DNA of 64,000 nucleotides from Obrimoposthia wandeli (Eukaryota): NCBI GenBank assembly GCA_977020255.1, contig CDROCS010000253.1, positions 4,526,001 to 4,590,000 of the forward strand, read 5' to 3'. Shown piece by piece: positions 19,855 to 30,336 of this stretch (position 1 is its first letter; each line of letters starts with the position of its first letter). The notes under the pieces were generated by a model. It saw only the letters and a program-made list of their open reading frames with translations, ran no database searches and was not told where the DNA came from. The position numbers and the translations under genes were made by a program.

Positions 19855-20739
19855 ATGTTTTCTCGTTTTATTCTACTCCCAATTATCACAATTTATTGCA
19901 CTTTACCTACGCTGTCTTATGCTCAAGAGCAAAAAACAAAGACCAACTCTGCTAATGCTTCAGATATATTATTTAGTATTGAAAAAGCTGACGAATCACA
20001 ACAACCTGCGTCTGGCACTTTGTTTACCGCCTCGGCAGAACTTGGCTTTCTCTATCTAACAGGCAATACACGCAGTGCAGATATTAAAACCGGCTTGGAT
20101 CTTCGCTTTGAAAGAGGTCTTTGGCGCAGTTTCTTTGTTTTTGATTTGTTAGTAAAAAAAACAGAAAAAGAGAAAGAAATTAGTACGAATGAAATTAGCA
20201 CAAACTTTGAGACTACCGATCAAAAGTGGAGTATTGCTTCGCAAACTAACTACACCCTTAATGCAGCTAAACAGAACTACATCTATGGTAGTGTCTTTTA
20301 TGAAGAAAACCGTTTTTCTGGTTTTGACTCACAAGCCTCAATATCAACTGGGTGGGGCCGTCGTTGGTTTGAAAGTAAAGAAGCTAGCTTTGATGCCGAT
20401 GTAGGTCCCGGTTTTAAGCGGGACGTTACCCAGGTTACTAGTGAAGAAATAGCAGCAGGTATGACAAGTAAAACGCAAGATACGCTGATTTTACAAGCAC
20501 AAGCGCTTTACATTCGAAAAATAAATGAACACATTGAATTTAAACAACTCTTCGTTGTTAAACATGCTATTGAAGCAGGACAGAACAGTATTTACAAAGC
20601 TGAAAGTTCAATCACTAGTAAATTGATTGACTCGTTGCAACTAAAGCTTAACTTTGTTATCGATTACAACTCAAAAGTAGATGATGATAAAGAGAATTTA
20701 AATACAGAAACCTCTGCGGTACTTATATATAGTTTTTAA
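19855..20739 (+). CDS. DUF481 (YdiY-like) outer-membrane beta-barrel protein
   Basis: Signal peptide; AELGFLYLTGNT, ENRFSGF, GPGFK, alternating beta-strands, terminal YSF. Confidence 0.8.
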   Translation: MFSRFILLPIITIYCTLPTLSYAQEQKTKTNSANASDILFSIEKADESQQPASGTLFTASAELGFLYLTGNTRSADIKTGLDLRFERGLWRSFFVFDLLVKKTEKEKEISTNEISTNFETTDQKWSIASQTNYTLNAAKQNYIYGSVFYEENRFSGFDSQASISTGWGRRWFESKEASFDADVGPGFKRDVTQVTSEEIAAGMTSKTQDTLILQAQALYIRKINEHIEFKQLFVVKHAIEAGQNSIYKAESSITSKLIDSLQLKLNFVIDYNSKVDDDKENLNTETSAVLIYSF

Positions 20740-20869
20740 TCAATTTAACTGTTCTTATCACAACTATATCTTAGAATTGTCCTAACTCCATGTCTTACAT
20801 TGACTGCCTAGGGCTCTATCACCTAAAATAACCACAATTATAATTATCTTCAAATAAAAAGGTATCTAC

Positions 20870-22549
20870 ATGGCTCAGCCGTTACCAGATAAATTCATCA
20901 TGACGATGAATCGAGTTTCTAAAGTAGTTCCACCAAAACGCACTATTTTAAAAGATATTTCTCTTTCATTTTTCCCTGGCGTTAAAATAGGTGTTTTAGG
21001 TTTAAACGGTTCAGGTAAATCTACCCTACTTCGTATTATGGCCGGTCTTGATACTGAATTTGAAGGTGAAGCTACCGCATTAGCTGGCACTAACATTGGT
21101 TATTTACCGCAAGAACCAATTCTTGACGAAACAAAGACAGTTAGAGAAATAGTTGAAGAAGGCGTTGCTACCGTTAAAAATGCTTTAGCACGTCTTGATC
21201 AAGTGTATAACGAATATGCTGAAGAAGGTGCTGATTTTGACAAGCTAGCTAAAGAACAAGGTGAGTTAGAAGATATCATCAATAGCAACGATGGTCACAA
21301 TATTGATAACGTACTTGAGCGTGCTGCTGACGCCTTACGTTTACCTGAATGGGATCAATTAATAGGCGTATTAAGTGGTGGTGAACGCCGTCGTGTTGCA
21401 CTTTGTCGCTTATTACTCGAAAAACCAGATATGTTATTACTGGATGAACCAACTAACCATTTAGATGCAGAGTCTGTTGCTTGGTTAGAGCGTTTCTTAC
21501 ATGACTACCCTGGTACTGTGGTAGCAATCACCCATGATAGATATTTCTTAGACAATGTTGCGGGTTGGATATTAGAGCTTGATAGAGGACACGGTATTCC
21601 TTATGAAGGTAACTACTCTTCTTGGTTAGAACAAAAAGATGCTCGCCTTGAACGTGAAGGTAAAACTGAAAGTGCATTACAAAAAACTATCAAGCAAGAA
21701 CTTGAATGGGTACGTTCAAATCCAAAAGCTCGTCAATCAAAAAGCAAAGCCCGTATGGCACGTTTTGAAGAGCTTAATAGCCAAGATCATCAAAAGCGTA
21801 ATGAAACTAACGAACTTTACATTCCACCTGGACCACGTTTAGGCGATAAAGTTTTAGATGTTAATAACTTAACTAAATCGTTTGGCGATAGAGTACTTAT
21901 TGATGACTTAAGCTTTAGCGTTCCTAAAGGGGCAATCGTCGGTATTATCGGGCCAAACGGCGCAGGTAAATCAACGTTATTCAAAATGATGTCAGGTGCT
22001 GAAAAACCAGATTCTGGTAATGTAGTACTGGGTGATACTGTTAAACTTGCCAGTGTTGATCAGTTCCGTGATGATATGGACAACACCAAAACGGTTTACC
22101 AAGAAATATCACAAGGCCATGAAATTTTACAAATTGGTAATTTTGAAATTCCAAGCCGTGCTTATGTAAGTCGTTTTAACTTTAAAGGTAACGATCAACA
22201 AAAGATCATTGGTGACTTATCCGGTGGTGAACGTAACCGTGTTCATTTAGCTAAACTTGTGCAAACAGGCGGTAATGTATTACTACTTGATGAGCCAACC
22301 AACGATTTAGATGTTGAAACGTTACGTGCACTTGAAGAAGCTTTATTAGAGTTCCCAGGTTGTGCCATGGTTATTTCCCATGACCGTTGGTTCCTTGATC
22401 GTATCTCTACGCACATTCTAGATTACCGTGATGAAGGTAAAATCAACTTCTATGAAGGTAACTTTACTGAATATGAGGCTTGGCTGAAGAAAACATTAGG
22501 CCCTGCAGCGACGGAGCCACACAGAATTAGATACAAAAAAATAGGCTAA
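20870..22549 (+). CDS. ettA: ABC-F translational throttle protein
   Basis: Twin ABC domains, VVPPKRTILKDISLSFFPG, ELEWVRSNPKARQSKSKAR, IPPGPRLG. Confidence 0.96.
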   Translation: MAQPLPDKFIMTMNRVSKVVPPKRTILKDISLSFFPGVKIGVLGLNGSGKSTLLRIMAGLDTEFEGEATALAGTNIGYLPQEPILDETKTVREIVEEGVATVKNALARLDQVYNEYAEEGADFDKLAKEQGELEDIINSNDGHNIDNVLERAADALRLPEWDQLIGVLSGGERRRVALCRLLLEKPDMLLLDEPTNHLDAESVAWLERFLHDYPGTVVAITHDRYFLDNVAGWILELDRGHGIPYEGNYSSWLEQKDARLEREGKTESALQKTIKQELEWVRSNPKARQSKSKARMARFEELNSQDHQKRNETNELYIPPGPRLGDKVLDVNNLTKSFGDRVLIDDLSFSVPKGAIVGIIGPNGAGKSTLFKMMSGAEKPDSGNVVLGDTVKLASVDQFRDDMDNTKTVYQEISQGHEILQIGNFEIPSRAYVSRFNFKGNDQQKIIGDLSGGERNRVHLAKLVQTGGNVLLLDEPTNDLDVETLRALEEALLEFPGCAMVISHDRWFLDRISTHILDYRDEGKINFYEGNFTEYEAWLKKTLGPAATEPHRIRYKKIG

Positions 22550-22618
22550 TCATTATATAAAAATAGACCTTGCTAGTACCTTAGTAAATTTTCTGTGATT
22601 AATTGTGATTTTACCAAC

Positions 22619-22657
22619 AAAAAAGCCAGTTGAAATTTGATTTTAACTGGTTTTTTT
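22619..22657 (+). terminator. Terminator after ettA
   Basis: AAAAAAGCCAGTT...AACTGGTTTTTTT. Confidence 0.75.
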
Positions 22658-22746
22658 GTGCCCATAAACTTTTTACTTTTCAATAAAATGGGGCTATGCT
22701 AAAGCTACACAATAGCAAAATTTATTAGTCAGATTGGAAAGTAGAC

Positions 22747-23109
22747 ATGGAAAATAGACGACAATTTACTCGCATTTTATTTTCAATAAGTGCTGAAGTA
22801 GAGATTGAAGGAAAGACATATCCGGTGTCCATTCATGATATATCACTTAATGGTGCTTTAGTTACCGCTATAAACAGTGAACACTCATTGAAAGGTAAAC
22901 TCGGTATATTACACTTTTTATTATCAGACAAAGAATCAGAAGTAACCATGAACATTGCTATTGTTCATGAAGAAGAAAGCGAAACAGGCTTACAATGTAA
23001 TGCTATTGATATTGATAGTGTTACCATTTTACGCCGTTTGGTTGAACTCAATCTAGGTGATAGTGAACAGCTTAATAAAGAGTTGAGTCAGTTATCACGG
23101 ATAAACTAA
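22747..23109 (+). CDS. Stand-alone PilZ domain protein
   Basis: RRQFTR (RxxxR) and DISLNG (D/NxSxxG) c-di-GMP motifs; LRRLVELNLGD tail. Confidence 0.9.
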   Translation: MENRRQFTRILFSISAEVEIEGKTYPVSIHDISLNGALVTAINSEHSLKGKLGILHFLLSDKESEVTMNIAIVHEEESETGLQCNAIDIDSVTILRRLVELNLGDSEQLNKELSQLSRIN

Positions 23110-23199
23110 AATTAAGTTATTGATTAAGCTTATATTTTAGTTTAGATTGAAATTAGTATAAGTTTTCCACCTATTTACCCTGACCTTTTAGGAGTCATA

Positions 23200-23697
23200 A
23201 TGAATCATCTAGTTATCTCTTGTATTGGCCCTGATCAAACAGGCCTAGTCGACACCTTATCCAAAATTATTTCCAAGCATCAAGGCAACTGGCAAGTCAG
23301 TAGTTTGCATCATTTGTCCGGTTTTTTCGCCGGCGTGATTGAAGTAGCCGTGGCAAGTGAAAAAAGTAAAAGCTTAATCAGTGAATTGAAGGCAATTAAT
23401 GGCTTAAGTTGCCAAATTGAAATGGCTGAGCCTAACTTACCTAACGTTGTGAGTAATTTAGTATTAGAAATTACTGCTAATGATCGAGCAGGCATAGTTC
23501 AAGAAGTCTCCTCTGTTATTCATCATCAAAATGGTAACTTAATCAAGCTAGTCAGTTCAAACGATAGCGCGGCTCATAGTGGCCAAGAAATTTTTAAAGC
23601 AAAAGTACAAATTGCCGTTGATGAGAAATTAGTTGATGAACTTATCAGTGCATTAGAGCAAATTGCAGATGACTTAATGGTAGATATTTCCCGCTAA
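23200..23697 (+). CDS. Double-ACT domain protein (GcvR-like)
   Basis: GPDQTGLV and ANDRAGIV ACT motifs; ALEQIADDLMVDI tail. Confidence 0.85.
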   Translation: MNHLVISCIGPDQTGLVDTLSKIISKHQGNWQVSSLHHLSGFFAGVIEVAVASEKSKSLISELKAINGLSCQIEMAEPNLPNVVSNLVLEITANDRAGIVQEVSSVIHHQNGNLIKLVSSNDSAAHSGQEIFKAKVQIAVDEKLVDELISALEQIADDLMVDISR

Positions 23698-23782
23698 CAA
23701 AAGTCTTTTTCTATAAAAGATGAGTGCTGTGAGCGTAATGTCAACCCGTTAAGAAATATTCAACGATCTTTATAAATAGTTC

Positions 23783-23816
23783 AAAATCCGATATAAGTTA
23801 ACTTATATCGGATTTT
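23783..23816. terminator. Perfect 34-bp palindrome, probable terminator
   Basis: AAAATCCGATATAAGTTAACTTATATCGGATTTT is self-complementary end to end and is followed by more Ts. Confidence 0.7.
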
Positions 23817-24035
23817 TTATGCATTTTGGAAAGGAATTAGTAACGACCTTAGATGCATGTATAATCTTTAAGCCTTTCGAATAAATAGAAACTTTAATAG
23901 CCCTCAATGTGTAGAGGTATGTTTATTATTCCTGAACTATTCCATCTCAAAAAAATAATATATTATTCAGACAGTAAAGTGTTTGATTTTACTTTCTGAA
24001 TTAAAAATAAAAACATAAGCAAAGGAAGGCTCATA

Positions 24036-24953
24036 ATGAAAAAACGCTATTCAATTTTATTTTTTTTACTATTTATCACCACTTCATTCACGGCCAAGGC
24101 TGCTATAAAAGAAGGCCTTTTATACTGTGATGGTTGTTCTACTTATCAAATCAAAAACTTAGTTAGAACCTATGCTGCGAGCAATGATGCAAGAGTGTTA
24201 GTGATTGATCGCGCGCAATCTGTGGCTAAAGAAGTCAAACTTGTACAAGTGAGTGGTGGCAGGGAAGAGGTTGATGAAAACAATGAACCTCAAATAACTA
24301 TCTATTCAAGTAAAGCTTATTTATTAAATGCTAACAAAGCTTTAGTGGAACTGAGCAATATAAATTCTAGAATGGCTGCAAGGCCTCAACTCGAAATTGA
24401 TTTACCTGCCTCTTCAGGAATGGAATCAGCATATCATGCTCTTGATCCTCATGACGGCGGGTTATCACTTCAGGCTGCTATTGATGAGCATCTGAATAAC
24501 GGAAGTTCACAAATGTCTGAAATTATTAGAAGGGCATCAAATCAACTAGATTTACTGAGTTCAAGTGTATCTCTTGGCTATAAATTAGTGTCTATCTCAG
24601 CAGGAAACCACGTTAATAGTAGTACATGGATAGTAAGCCTTTCTGATAAAACTACCGTTGAGATAGATATCACTTTTTCATGGGTTTCTGATCGACTTCA
24701 GGCACGTTCTCGGGTAAAAAAAGAGACGTTGAGAACTCCTGATGGCCAGCTTATCCCACTAACTAAGTACCGAACTGCAAACTTTTCGGCAGATGCAAAG
24801 GGTGATGAATTGAACATCTTACTTGACCACCTTATTTACGTAGGTGCAACGATCACAAGTACTGAAGGTTATGACTCAAAACAATGCTTAGTTAATCGTG
24901 TGGTTTGTAACAGTGATAAAAAGTGCCAATTCTTTTATAATTGTACTAAGTAG
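24036..24953 (+). CDS. Secreted hypothetical protein with N-terminal CxxC and Cys-rich C-terminus
   Basis: 305 aa; AAGGAAGG RBS; signal peptide ending AKA; YCDGCS; four C-terminal Cys. Confidence 0.75.
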   Translation: MKKRYSILFFLLFITTSFTAKAAIKEGLLYCDGCSTYQIKNLVRTYAASNDARVLVIDRAQSVAKEVKLVQVSGGREEVDENNEPQITIYSSKAYLLNANKALVELSNINSRMAARPQLEIDLPASSGMESAYHALDPHDGGLSLQAAIDEHLNNGSSQMSEIIRRASNQLDLLSSSVSLGYKLVSISAGNHVNSSTWIVSLSDKTTVEIDITFSWVSDRLQARSRVKKETLRTPDGQLIPLTKYRTANFSADAKGDELNILLDHLIYVGATITSTEGYDSKQCLVNRVVCNSDKKCQFFYNCTK

Positions 24954-24996
24954 AAAACTGTTATTTTTGGTGAACTTATTTATGATAATCAGAAAG

Positions 24997-25430
24997 GATC
25001 CTATAACAAATTTTATGTAACTACCCAATTAAATAAAGTCATTTAAGCGGTTTTCGAATTCAATCATAAACCGATTCAAGGCCGTTTTCCAATTTCTTAT
25101 TGGCATTGTCCATTTTTTTGATGCCGCATCTATCGCCAGCTAAACAATGGGATAAACGACATCTAAGAGCCTATCTTGCTATTCAACGACCTGGTCAATG
25201 ATAGTATTAGTGACACGAGATATTAAAGTAGGTGAATATCTCGTGTTATACATTTCTTTGAACGTATCGTCGATTTCTCGGGTTGTCATGCCTTTGGCAT
25301 ACAGATGCAAGGTTTTATCGTCCACTGACGTAAAACGTGTGTGGTTTTTCTTAACTCGTTGTGGCTCAAAACTACCTTCTTTATCTCGCGGTGTTCCCAA
25401 TGCGACTTGGCCATCTTCAGTGTATTAGAG
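24997..25430 (-). pseudogene. IS256-family transposase relic with internal deletion and right terminal repeat
   Basis: TPRDKEGSFEPQ..K....LYAKGMTTREI...SPTLISRVT (N-part) fused in frame to LAIDAASKKWTMPIRNWKTALNRFMIEF (C-end); TAG stops at 25179 and 25140; terminal GATCCTATAACAAATTTTATGTAACTACC at 24997-25025. Confidence 0.85.
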
Positions 25431-25541
25431 CAAATAGCTGATGACTTGATGGTAGTATTTCCCGCTAGTATTTCTAAGTAGTTGTACTTGGAAATACTGC
25501 GATACTATCAACCGACACTTTAACTTTAAAGTCTGAAAATC

Positions 25542-25570
25542 AAAAACGAGTGCCATGAGCACTCGTTTTT
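25542..25570. terminator. Bidirectional terminator downstream of yoaA
   Basis: AAAAACGAGTGC-catga-GCACTCGTTTTT. Confidence 0.85.
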
Positions 25571-25631
25571 TATATCAATTTCACTCACTAATAGTTAGTG
25601 AATGATGACCATCACTCTTGAAGAAGCTATC

Positions 25632-27584
25632 CTAGGATAAGGTTTCCAAAAACTTTGCCGCTTTATTAATATCTCGGCTACGTTTCATATCTGGCAAACT
25701 CTTTAAGAAGGTTTGGCCATAAGGTTTATTCACTAACCTGTCATCACAAATCACTAGCACACCACGATCACTAACATCACGAATAAGTCGCCCTACTCCT
25801 TGCTTTAAAGCGATAACCGCTTGAGGTAGTTGAATTTGACTAAAAGGCTCTCCGCCCTGACGTCTAACATCTTCACAGCGAGCCTGCAGTAAAGGATCAT
25901 CCGGCGAAGCAAAAGGTAATTTATCAATAATCACACAAGTAAGCTTATCGCCGCGAACATCAACACCTTCCCAAAAACTTGCAGTAGCGAGTAATACCGC
26001 GCTGTCTTGCTCAACAAACTGCTCAAGCAATTTTCGCTTGGCCATTTTGCCTTGCACTAATAATGGATTATCAATACTTTCAGCCAAGGCTTCAGCAACC
26101 TGATGCATTACACGATAGCTGGTAAAAAGCATAAAACAGGCACCTTTACTGGCTTTAATCAGCGGCTCGGCAAGCTCTGCAAGTTTTAACGCGCGATTTT
26201 TATCATTGGCTTGGGGTAAATAACGTGGCACTACAAGTTGTGATTGCGCTTGATAATCAAAGGGACTATCGAGCATAAGTTGCTTAGCACTTTGCAAACC
26301 TAAATGCTGGGCAAAATGGTCAAAGCTATTATCGACAGCTAATGTTGCCGAAGTAAAAATCCAACCTGCGCCAGACTCTTTAACAACAGCACTAAACTTA
26401 TCACTAACGGTTAACGGCGTTTGATGTAACACCACACTTCTAGGCGTGGTTTCATACCAAAAGCTCATGCCATTAGCTTCAACATTTGCCATCAAATCAT
26501 ACTGAGCAAGTAGATTTACCGCACGGTCAAAGCAATTATCTATCGCTTCATTTCTAGAAACACAAAGCTTAATAACTTGATAAAGAAAATCTAAATCTAT
26601 TTTTAAATCACTAAATTTTTGTTTAAAATACCCTTGTCGATACTTTTCTCGCCAATTGCCGCGTTCAGGATCGTAATTAAATAATAAACGAAATTCTTGA
26701 CAGGTTTTCTGTAGTTTTTCTGCTGCGCGCCCTAATTGTTTAACATCGGTTAAACTGCTGCGGTGTACTTGTAATACATCAGTGCATAAATCAACCAGTT
26801 GCTTGCTAGAAAAAGCCTCGCCAAAATATTCACTGGCGATATCGCCAATTTGATGAGCTTCATCGAAAATCATCACTTGGGCCTTAGGTATAAGCTCACC
26901 AAAACCGGTATCTTTTAATGCCATATCAGCAAAAAACAAATGATGATTCACCACAATAATGTCTGCGTCACTGGCTTTTTGTCGTGCTCTAACTAAGTGA
27001 CAGGCTTCATAGTCTGGGCAGTCTCTTGCCAAACAGTTATCTAAGGTACTCGTTACAAAAGGAAAAATACTGGAGTCTTCACTGACATTCACTATCTCGC
27101 CAATATCGCCACTTTGCGTACCGTTTGCCCAGGTTTTTACTTTAACCAAGTCTTGCAACATTTGTGCATCAAGTTGGCCACGACTATCTTGGTACTGCGC
27201 TAAACGGTAGTTACATAAATAGTTTGCACGACCTTTTAATAAAGCGACTTGTGCATTACTCGCCAACGCCTTTTTTATTAGAGGAATATCTTTATGAAAC
27301 AGTTGCTCTTGCAGGTTCTTAGTTCCAGTAGACACCACTATTTTTTTAGGTTTTTTCGGATTTAGCGCTAAAAAGGCGGGGATCAAATAAGCAAAGGTTT
27401 TTCCGGTACCTGTTCCAGCTTCAACAATAAGCGATGATTCCTTGTCTATTGCATGGGCAACATCAAGCGCCATATCAGTTTGTGCCTGACGAGGAGAGAA
27501 GCCAGTAATGGCTTTGGCTAAAGCGCCGTCATTGGAAAAAGCTTTGCTTACATTAGAGATTGAACTATTAGTTGAGGCTGTCAT
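25632..27584 (-). CDS. yoaA: DinG-family ATP-dependent DNA helicase
   Basis: EAGTGTGKT, LKGRANYLC, Fe-S Cys cluster, DEAH, FWEGVDVRG, QGVGRLIRD. Confidence 0.92.
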   Translation of the reverse strand: MTASTNSSISNVSKAFSNDGALAKAITGFSPRQAQTDMALDVAHAIDKESSLIVEAGTGTGKTFAYLIPAFLALNPKKPKKIVVSTGTKNLQEQLFHKDIPLIKKALASNAQVALLKGRANYLCNYRLAQYQDSRGQLDAQMLQDLVKVKTWANGTQSGDIGEIVNVSEDSSIFPFVTSTLDNCLARDCPDYEACHLVRARQKASDADIIVVNHHLFFADMALKDTGFGELIPKAQVMIFDEAHQIGDIASEYFGEAFSSKQLVDLCTDVLQVHRSSLTDVKQLGRAAEKLQKTCQEFRLLFNYDPERGNWREKYRQGYFKQKFSDLKIDLDFLYQVIKLCVSRNEAIDNCFDRAVNLLAQYDLMANVEANGMSFWYETTPRSVVLHQTPLTVSDKFSAVVKESGAGWIFTSATLAVDNSFDHFAQHLGLQSAKQLMLDSPFDYQAQSQLVVPRYLPQANDKNRALKLAELAEPLIKASKGACFMLFTSYRVMHQVAEALAESIDNPLLVQGKMAKRKLLEQFVEQDSAVLLATASFWEGVDVRGDKLTCVIIDKLPFASPDDPLLQARCEDVRRQGGEPFSQIQLPQAVIALKQGVGRLIRDVSDRGVLVICDDRLVNKPYGQTFLKSLPDMKRSRDINKAAKFLETLS

Positions 27585-27730
27585 GAATAAAAATAAATAT
27601 CGGCAACTTGGCTTAACAACAGTTAAAACCTGCTATTAAGTGAATAAGATTAACCAAGGATTATACGTACATTCATTATCTTTGCTAGCGCTTTGCTAAA
27701 TGCTTGTTAACTATTATTTTTACCTATTTA

Positions 27731-28426
27731 TTAGATAATACCCTCATTGAGAGCAATTATCACGGCACGCGTTCTATCTCGGGTATTTAGCTTTGCTAAG
27801 ATATTAGAGACATGGTTTTTTACTGTACCTTCAGCAAGAAAAATACTCGCGGCGATTTCTTTATTAGAGAATCCTCCCGCCATTAACTTTAAGATTTGGT
27901 TTTCTTTTTCAGATAATTTTTCCAATACCGGAGAGATATCAAAACCTTTATTTATTTGTTTCATCACTACTGGCTCAGCAACAAAACCACCTTCTGCTAG
28001 TGTTTTTACTGCATTGACTAGCTTTTCTAAAGAAACATCCTTCAGTAAAAATCCATTAGCGCCGGCTTGTAAACTTTGCATAAACAATTCGCTATCATCA
28101 AAAGTAGTCAGCATCAGGATAGGTAATGAATTACCTTGGGCTCTTAATATTTTTACTAACTCAATGCCAGATATTTTTGGCATTCGAATATCAAGTAACA
28201 ATACATCCGGTTGCTGCTCACTAAGCTTTAGCTGTGCTTGCTCACCATCTTCAGCCTGCCATATAATATTAATATCATCACTTAAGGTTAATAAGCCCGC
28301 AATGCCCTGCCTTACCAATTGTTGGTCATCAACCAAGGCGACATTAATAACCTTACTTTCAAGGGTATTATCTACGTTATCTTGGAGAGTGCTTTGAATA
28401 GTATTGTCCGAATTACGATCAGTCAT
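27731..28426 (-). CDS. NarL/DesR-family response regulator (REC + LuxR HTH)
   Basis: VDDQQLVR, LLDIRMP, LTTFDD, FLLKD, GFSNKEIA..IFLAEGTVKNHVS. Confidence 0.95.
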   Translation of the reverse strand: MTDRNSDNTIQSTLQDNVDNTLESKVINVALVDDQQLVRQGIAGLLTLSDDINIIWQAEDGEQAQLKLSEQQPDVLLLDIRMPKISGIELVKILRAQGNSLPILMLTTFDDSELFMQSLQAGANGFLLKDVSLEKLVNAVKTLAEGGFVAEPVVMKQINKGFDISPVLEKLSEKENQILKLMAGGFSNKEIAASIFLAEGTVKNHVSNILAKLNTRDRTRAVIIALNEGII

Positions 28427-29582
28427 AGTTATCTTCCACTTGAATTTTTAAGGTACAACCTGCGGGTGTTTGTATCAGTTCAACTATGCCTTGAAAGTCA
28501 GCTAAACGTTCTTGCATACCAAGAAGGCCACTACCTAATTGTTCTTTTGATAAAAGTTCAGGTTGGGTAGCTGATTGAGTTGTAGGTTTAGCTACGCCAT
28601 TATCAGCCAAATAAAGGTTTAGTCGTTTATCCTTTTTCTCAGCTGATAGGGTAAATTTATTCGCCTTACCATGTCGTATGGCATTACTTACCCCTTCCTG
28701 TAAGCAAAACATTAATTGTTGCTTCAAAGATAACGCATTAATATCAGGGGAAGATTCCACCTTAAGCTGACACTCAGGTAGCTGCTCAATAAGATCAAAT
28801 AACTTTTCGACTAGATCAAATTGCTCTTCACTGCGCATTTCTTTCACTACTTCACGTACGTCTGACAGTAATGTTTTCGCCTGCGTTAGGTTTTGCGCTA
28901 ACAAAGGTTTAAATTCATCGGGTACTTTATGACGACTTACTTCAAGATTTAACGCTAAAGCGGTTAATTGATGGCCGATAACATCATGTAAATCTCTTGA
29001 AATTCTCAAACGCTCTTTACGTTGGGATGATTCTTTTAACATAAATCGTGCTGCTAATAACTCTTGATTAATGACGCTAAGCTCTTCTTTTGCTTTGACT
29101 TCTCTTAAGTTACTTTCAATGGCAGAGAAGCCAAATATTTGCAGCATTAGATAAATAATGACATGGAAAAGTGCCTCAAGGACATCACCATTATATTTAA
29201 TGGTGAAATGTGCTGCTGCGATTGACAACATAATATACATCGCCTGACGGCGGCTAAACATTGAAGAGAGTTGCGTTGCAATAAGTACAAATAAAATGGC
29301 TGCAATATCATATTTATCAAACTTGACTAACAGTAGCACCACTATTACTTGGCACAAGAGTAATAACTTATCTCTTAGTGGAAAAGCTAGAGAGGGAGTT
29401 GAAACAACAACTACCGAAAAAGCTATATAAAATATCAAAAAAGCTATTAACTTTAAATAAAACTCAGTACCTACAGATAAGTTATTCAACGAAAGAAAAC
29501 AAATAATTGACCACGTCAAAAATCCAGACAAGTGTAATAGCCAGTCTTTATGTAAATGTTCTGGAATAAATGACTTAAACAT
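28419..29582 (-). CDS. DesK-like membrane sensor histidine kinase (HisKA_3)
   Basis: Several N-terminal TM helices; RISRDLHDVIGH, QEGVSNAIRHG, DNG, GLLGMQER; overlaps the regulator start. Confidence 0.93.
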   Translation of the reverse strand: MFKSFIPEHLHKDWLLHLSGFLTWSIICFLSLNNLSVGTEFYLKLIAFLIFYIAFSVVVVSTPSLAFPLRDKLLLLCQVIVVLLLVKFDKYDIAAILFVLIATQLSSMFSRRQAMYIMLSIAAAHFTIKYNGDVLEALFHVIIYLMLQIFGFSAIESNLREVKAKEELSVINQELLAARFMLKESSQRKERLRISRDLHDVIGHQLTALALNLEVSRHKVPDEFKPLLAQNLTQAKTLLSDVREVVKEMRSEEQFDLVEKLFDLIEQLPECQLKVESSPDINALSLKQQLMFCLQEGVSNAIRHGKANKFTLSAEKKDKRLNLYLADNGVAKPTTQSATQPELLSKEQLGSGLLGMQERLADFQGIVELIQTPAGCTLKIQVEDNYD

Positions 29583-29678
29583 AGTTTATTGTACCGTAAC
29601 TTTTTTGGAGTAATGAAAAAGCGCTTTAATGATGCTTTAGTAAGACTAAAGCGTTTATTAATCGCTGTAGATTTTATA

Positions 29679-30140
29679 TTAAAATAATTCTATGTGAATT
29701 TCTGCTTTTTCTATTTTTTCTTCAATGGTAAATTTAGCTTCTTGGTATTCTGGTCGACCAAATCTACCGACATTATTACTAAAACCATAACCTTCTTTTG
29801 GAATGCCGATAAAGTTAAAGTCTAGCTTGTCATTACTATTTTCATCTTGATAAATTTTAACGGCATACTCGCCCGCAGGCAGATCTTTAAAGACCACTTT
29901 TTCTTGTTCATTATTCGCTTTAACACTTGAGCCCAACATTGTTTTACCTTGACTAAATGCTTCAGATCCCGAGTATAATCCTACCATCACATGACCTTTA
30001 CCTTGATTAACGTCACTAATATTTACCGTTAAGTCCGCAGCAACCACTTGTTGGCTCATCACGGCGATTAACGATAATGAGCTAATTGCTGCTAGCGCTA
30101 AACTACTTACTGAGAAAGAGATCACTTTTTTAATAAACAT
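29679..30140 (-). CDS. DUF2141-like secreted protein
   Basis: Signal peptide; GEYAVKIYQDENSNDKLDFNFIGIPKEGYGFSNN motif. Confidence 0.85.
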   Translation of the reverse strand: MFIKKVISFSVSSLALAAISSLSLIAVMSQQVVAADLTVNISDVNQGKGHVMVGLYSGSEAFSQGKTMLGSSVKANNEQEKVVFKDLPAGEYAVKIYQDENSNDKLDFNFIGIPKEGYGFSNNVGRFGRPEYQEAKFTIEEKIEKAEIHIELF

Positions 30141-30290
30141 AATATTTTCCTTATTTTATTGATGATTTATTGATAATTAATTTATGCTTTAACTTGAGTA
30201 ATATTATTTAAGCGCTGTTTAGCGTTACTCTTTGTTAAGCTCTGTTGTTTCGACAAGGTAATGATAGCTAATATCATTATTGGCTACAGG

Positions 30291-30336
30291 TGCCAAAAGT
30301 CATCTTTTAATCGGCTTGTTTACATGACTTGTGGCA
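30291..30336. promoter_or_regulatory. Inverted-repeat operator, 13-20-13, upstream of DUF2141-like gene
   Basis: TGCCAAAAGTCAT-N20-ATGACTTGTGGCA. Confidence 0.65.
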
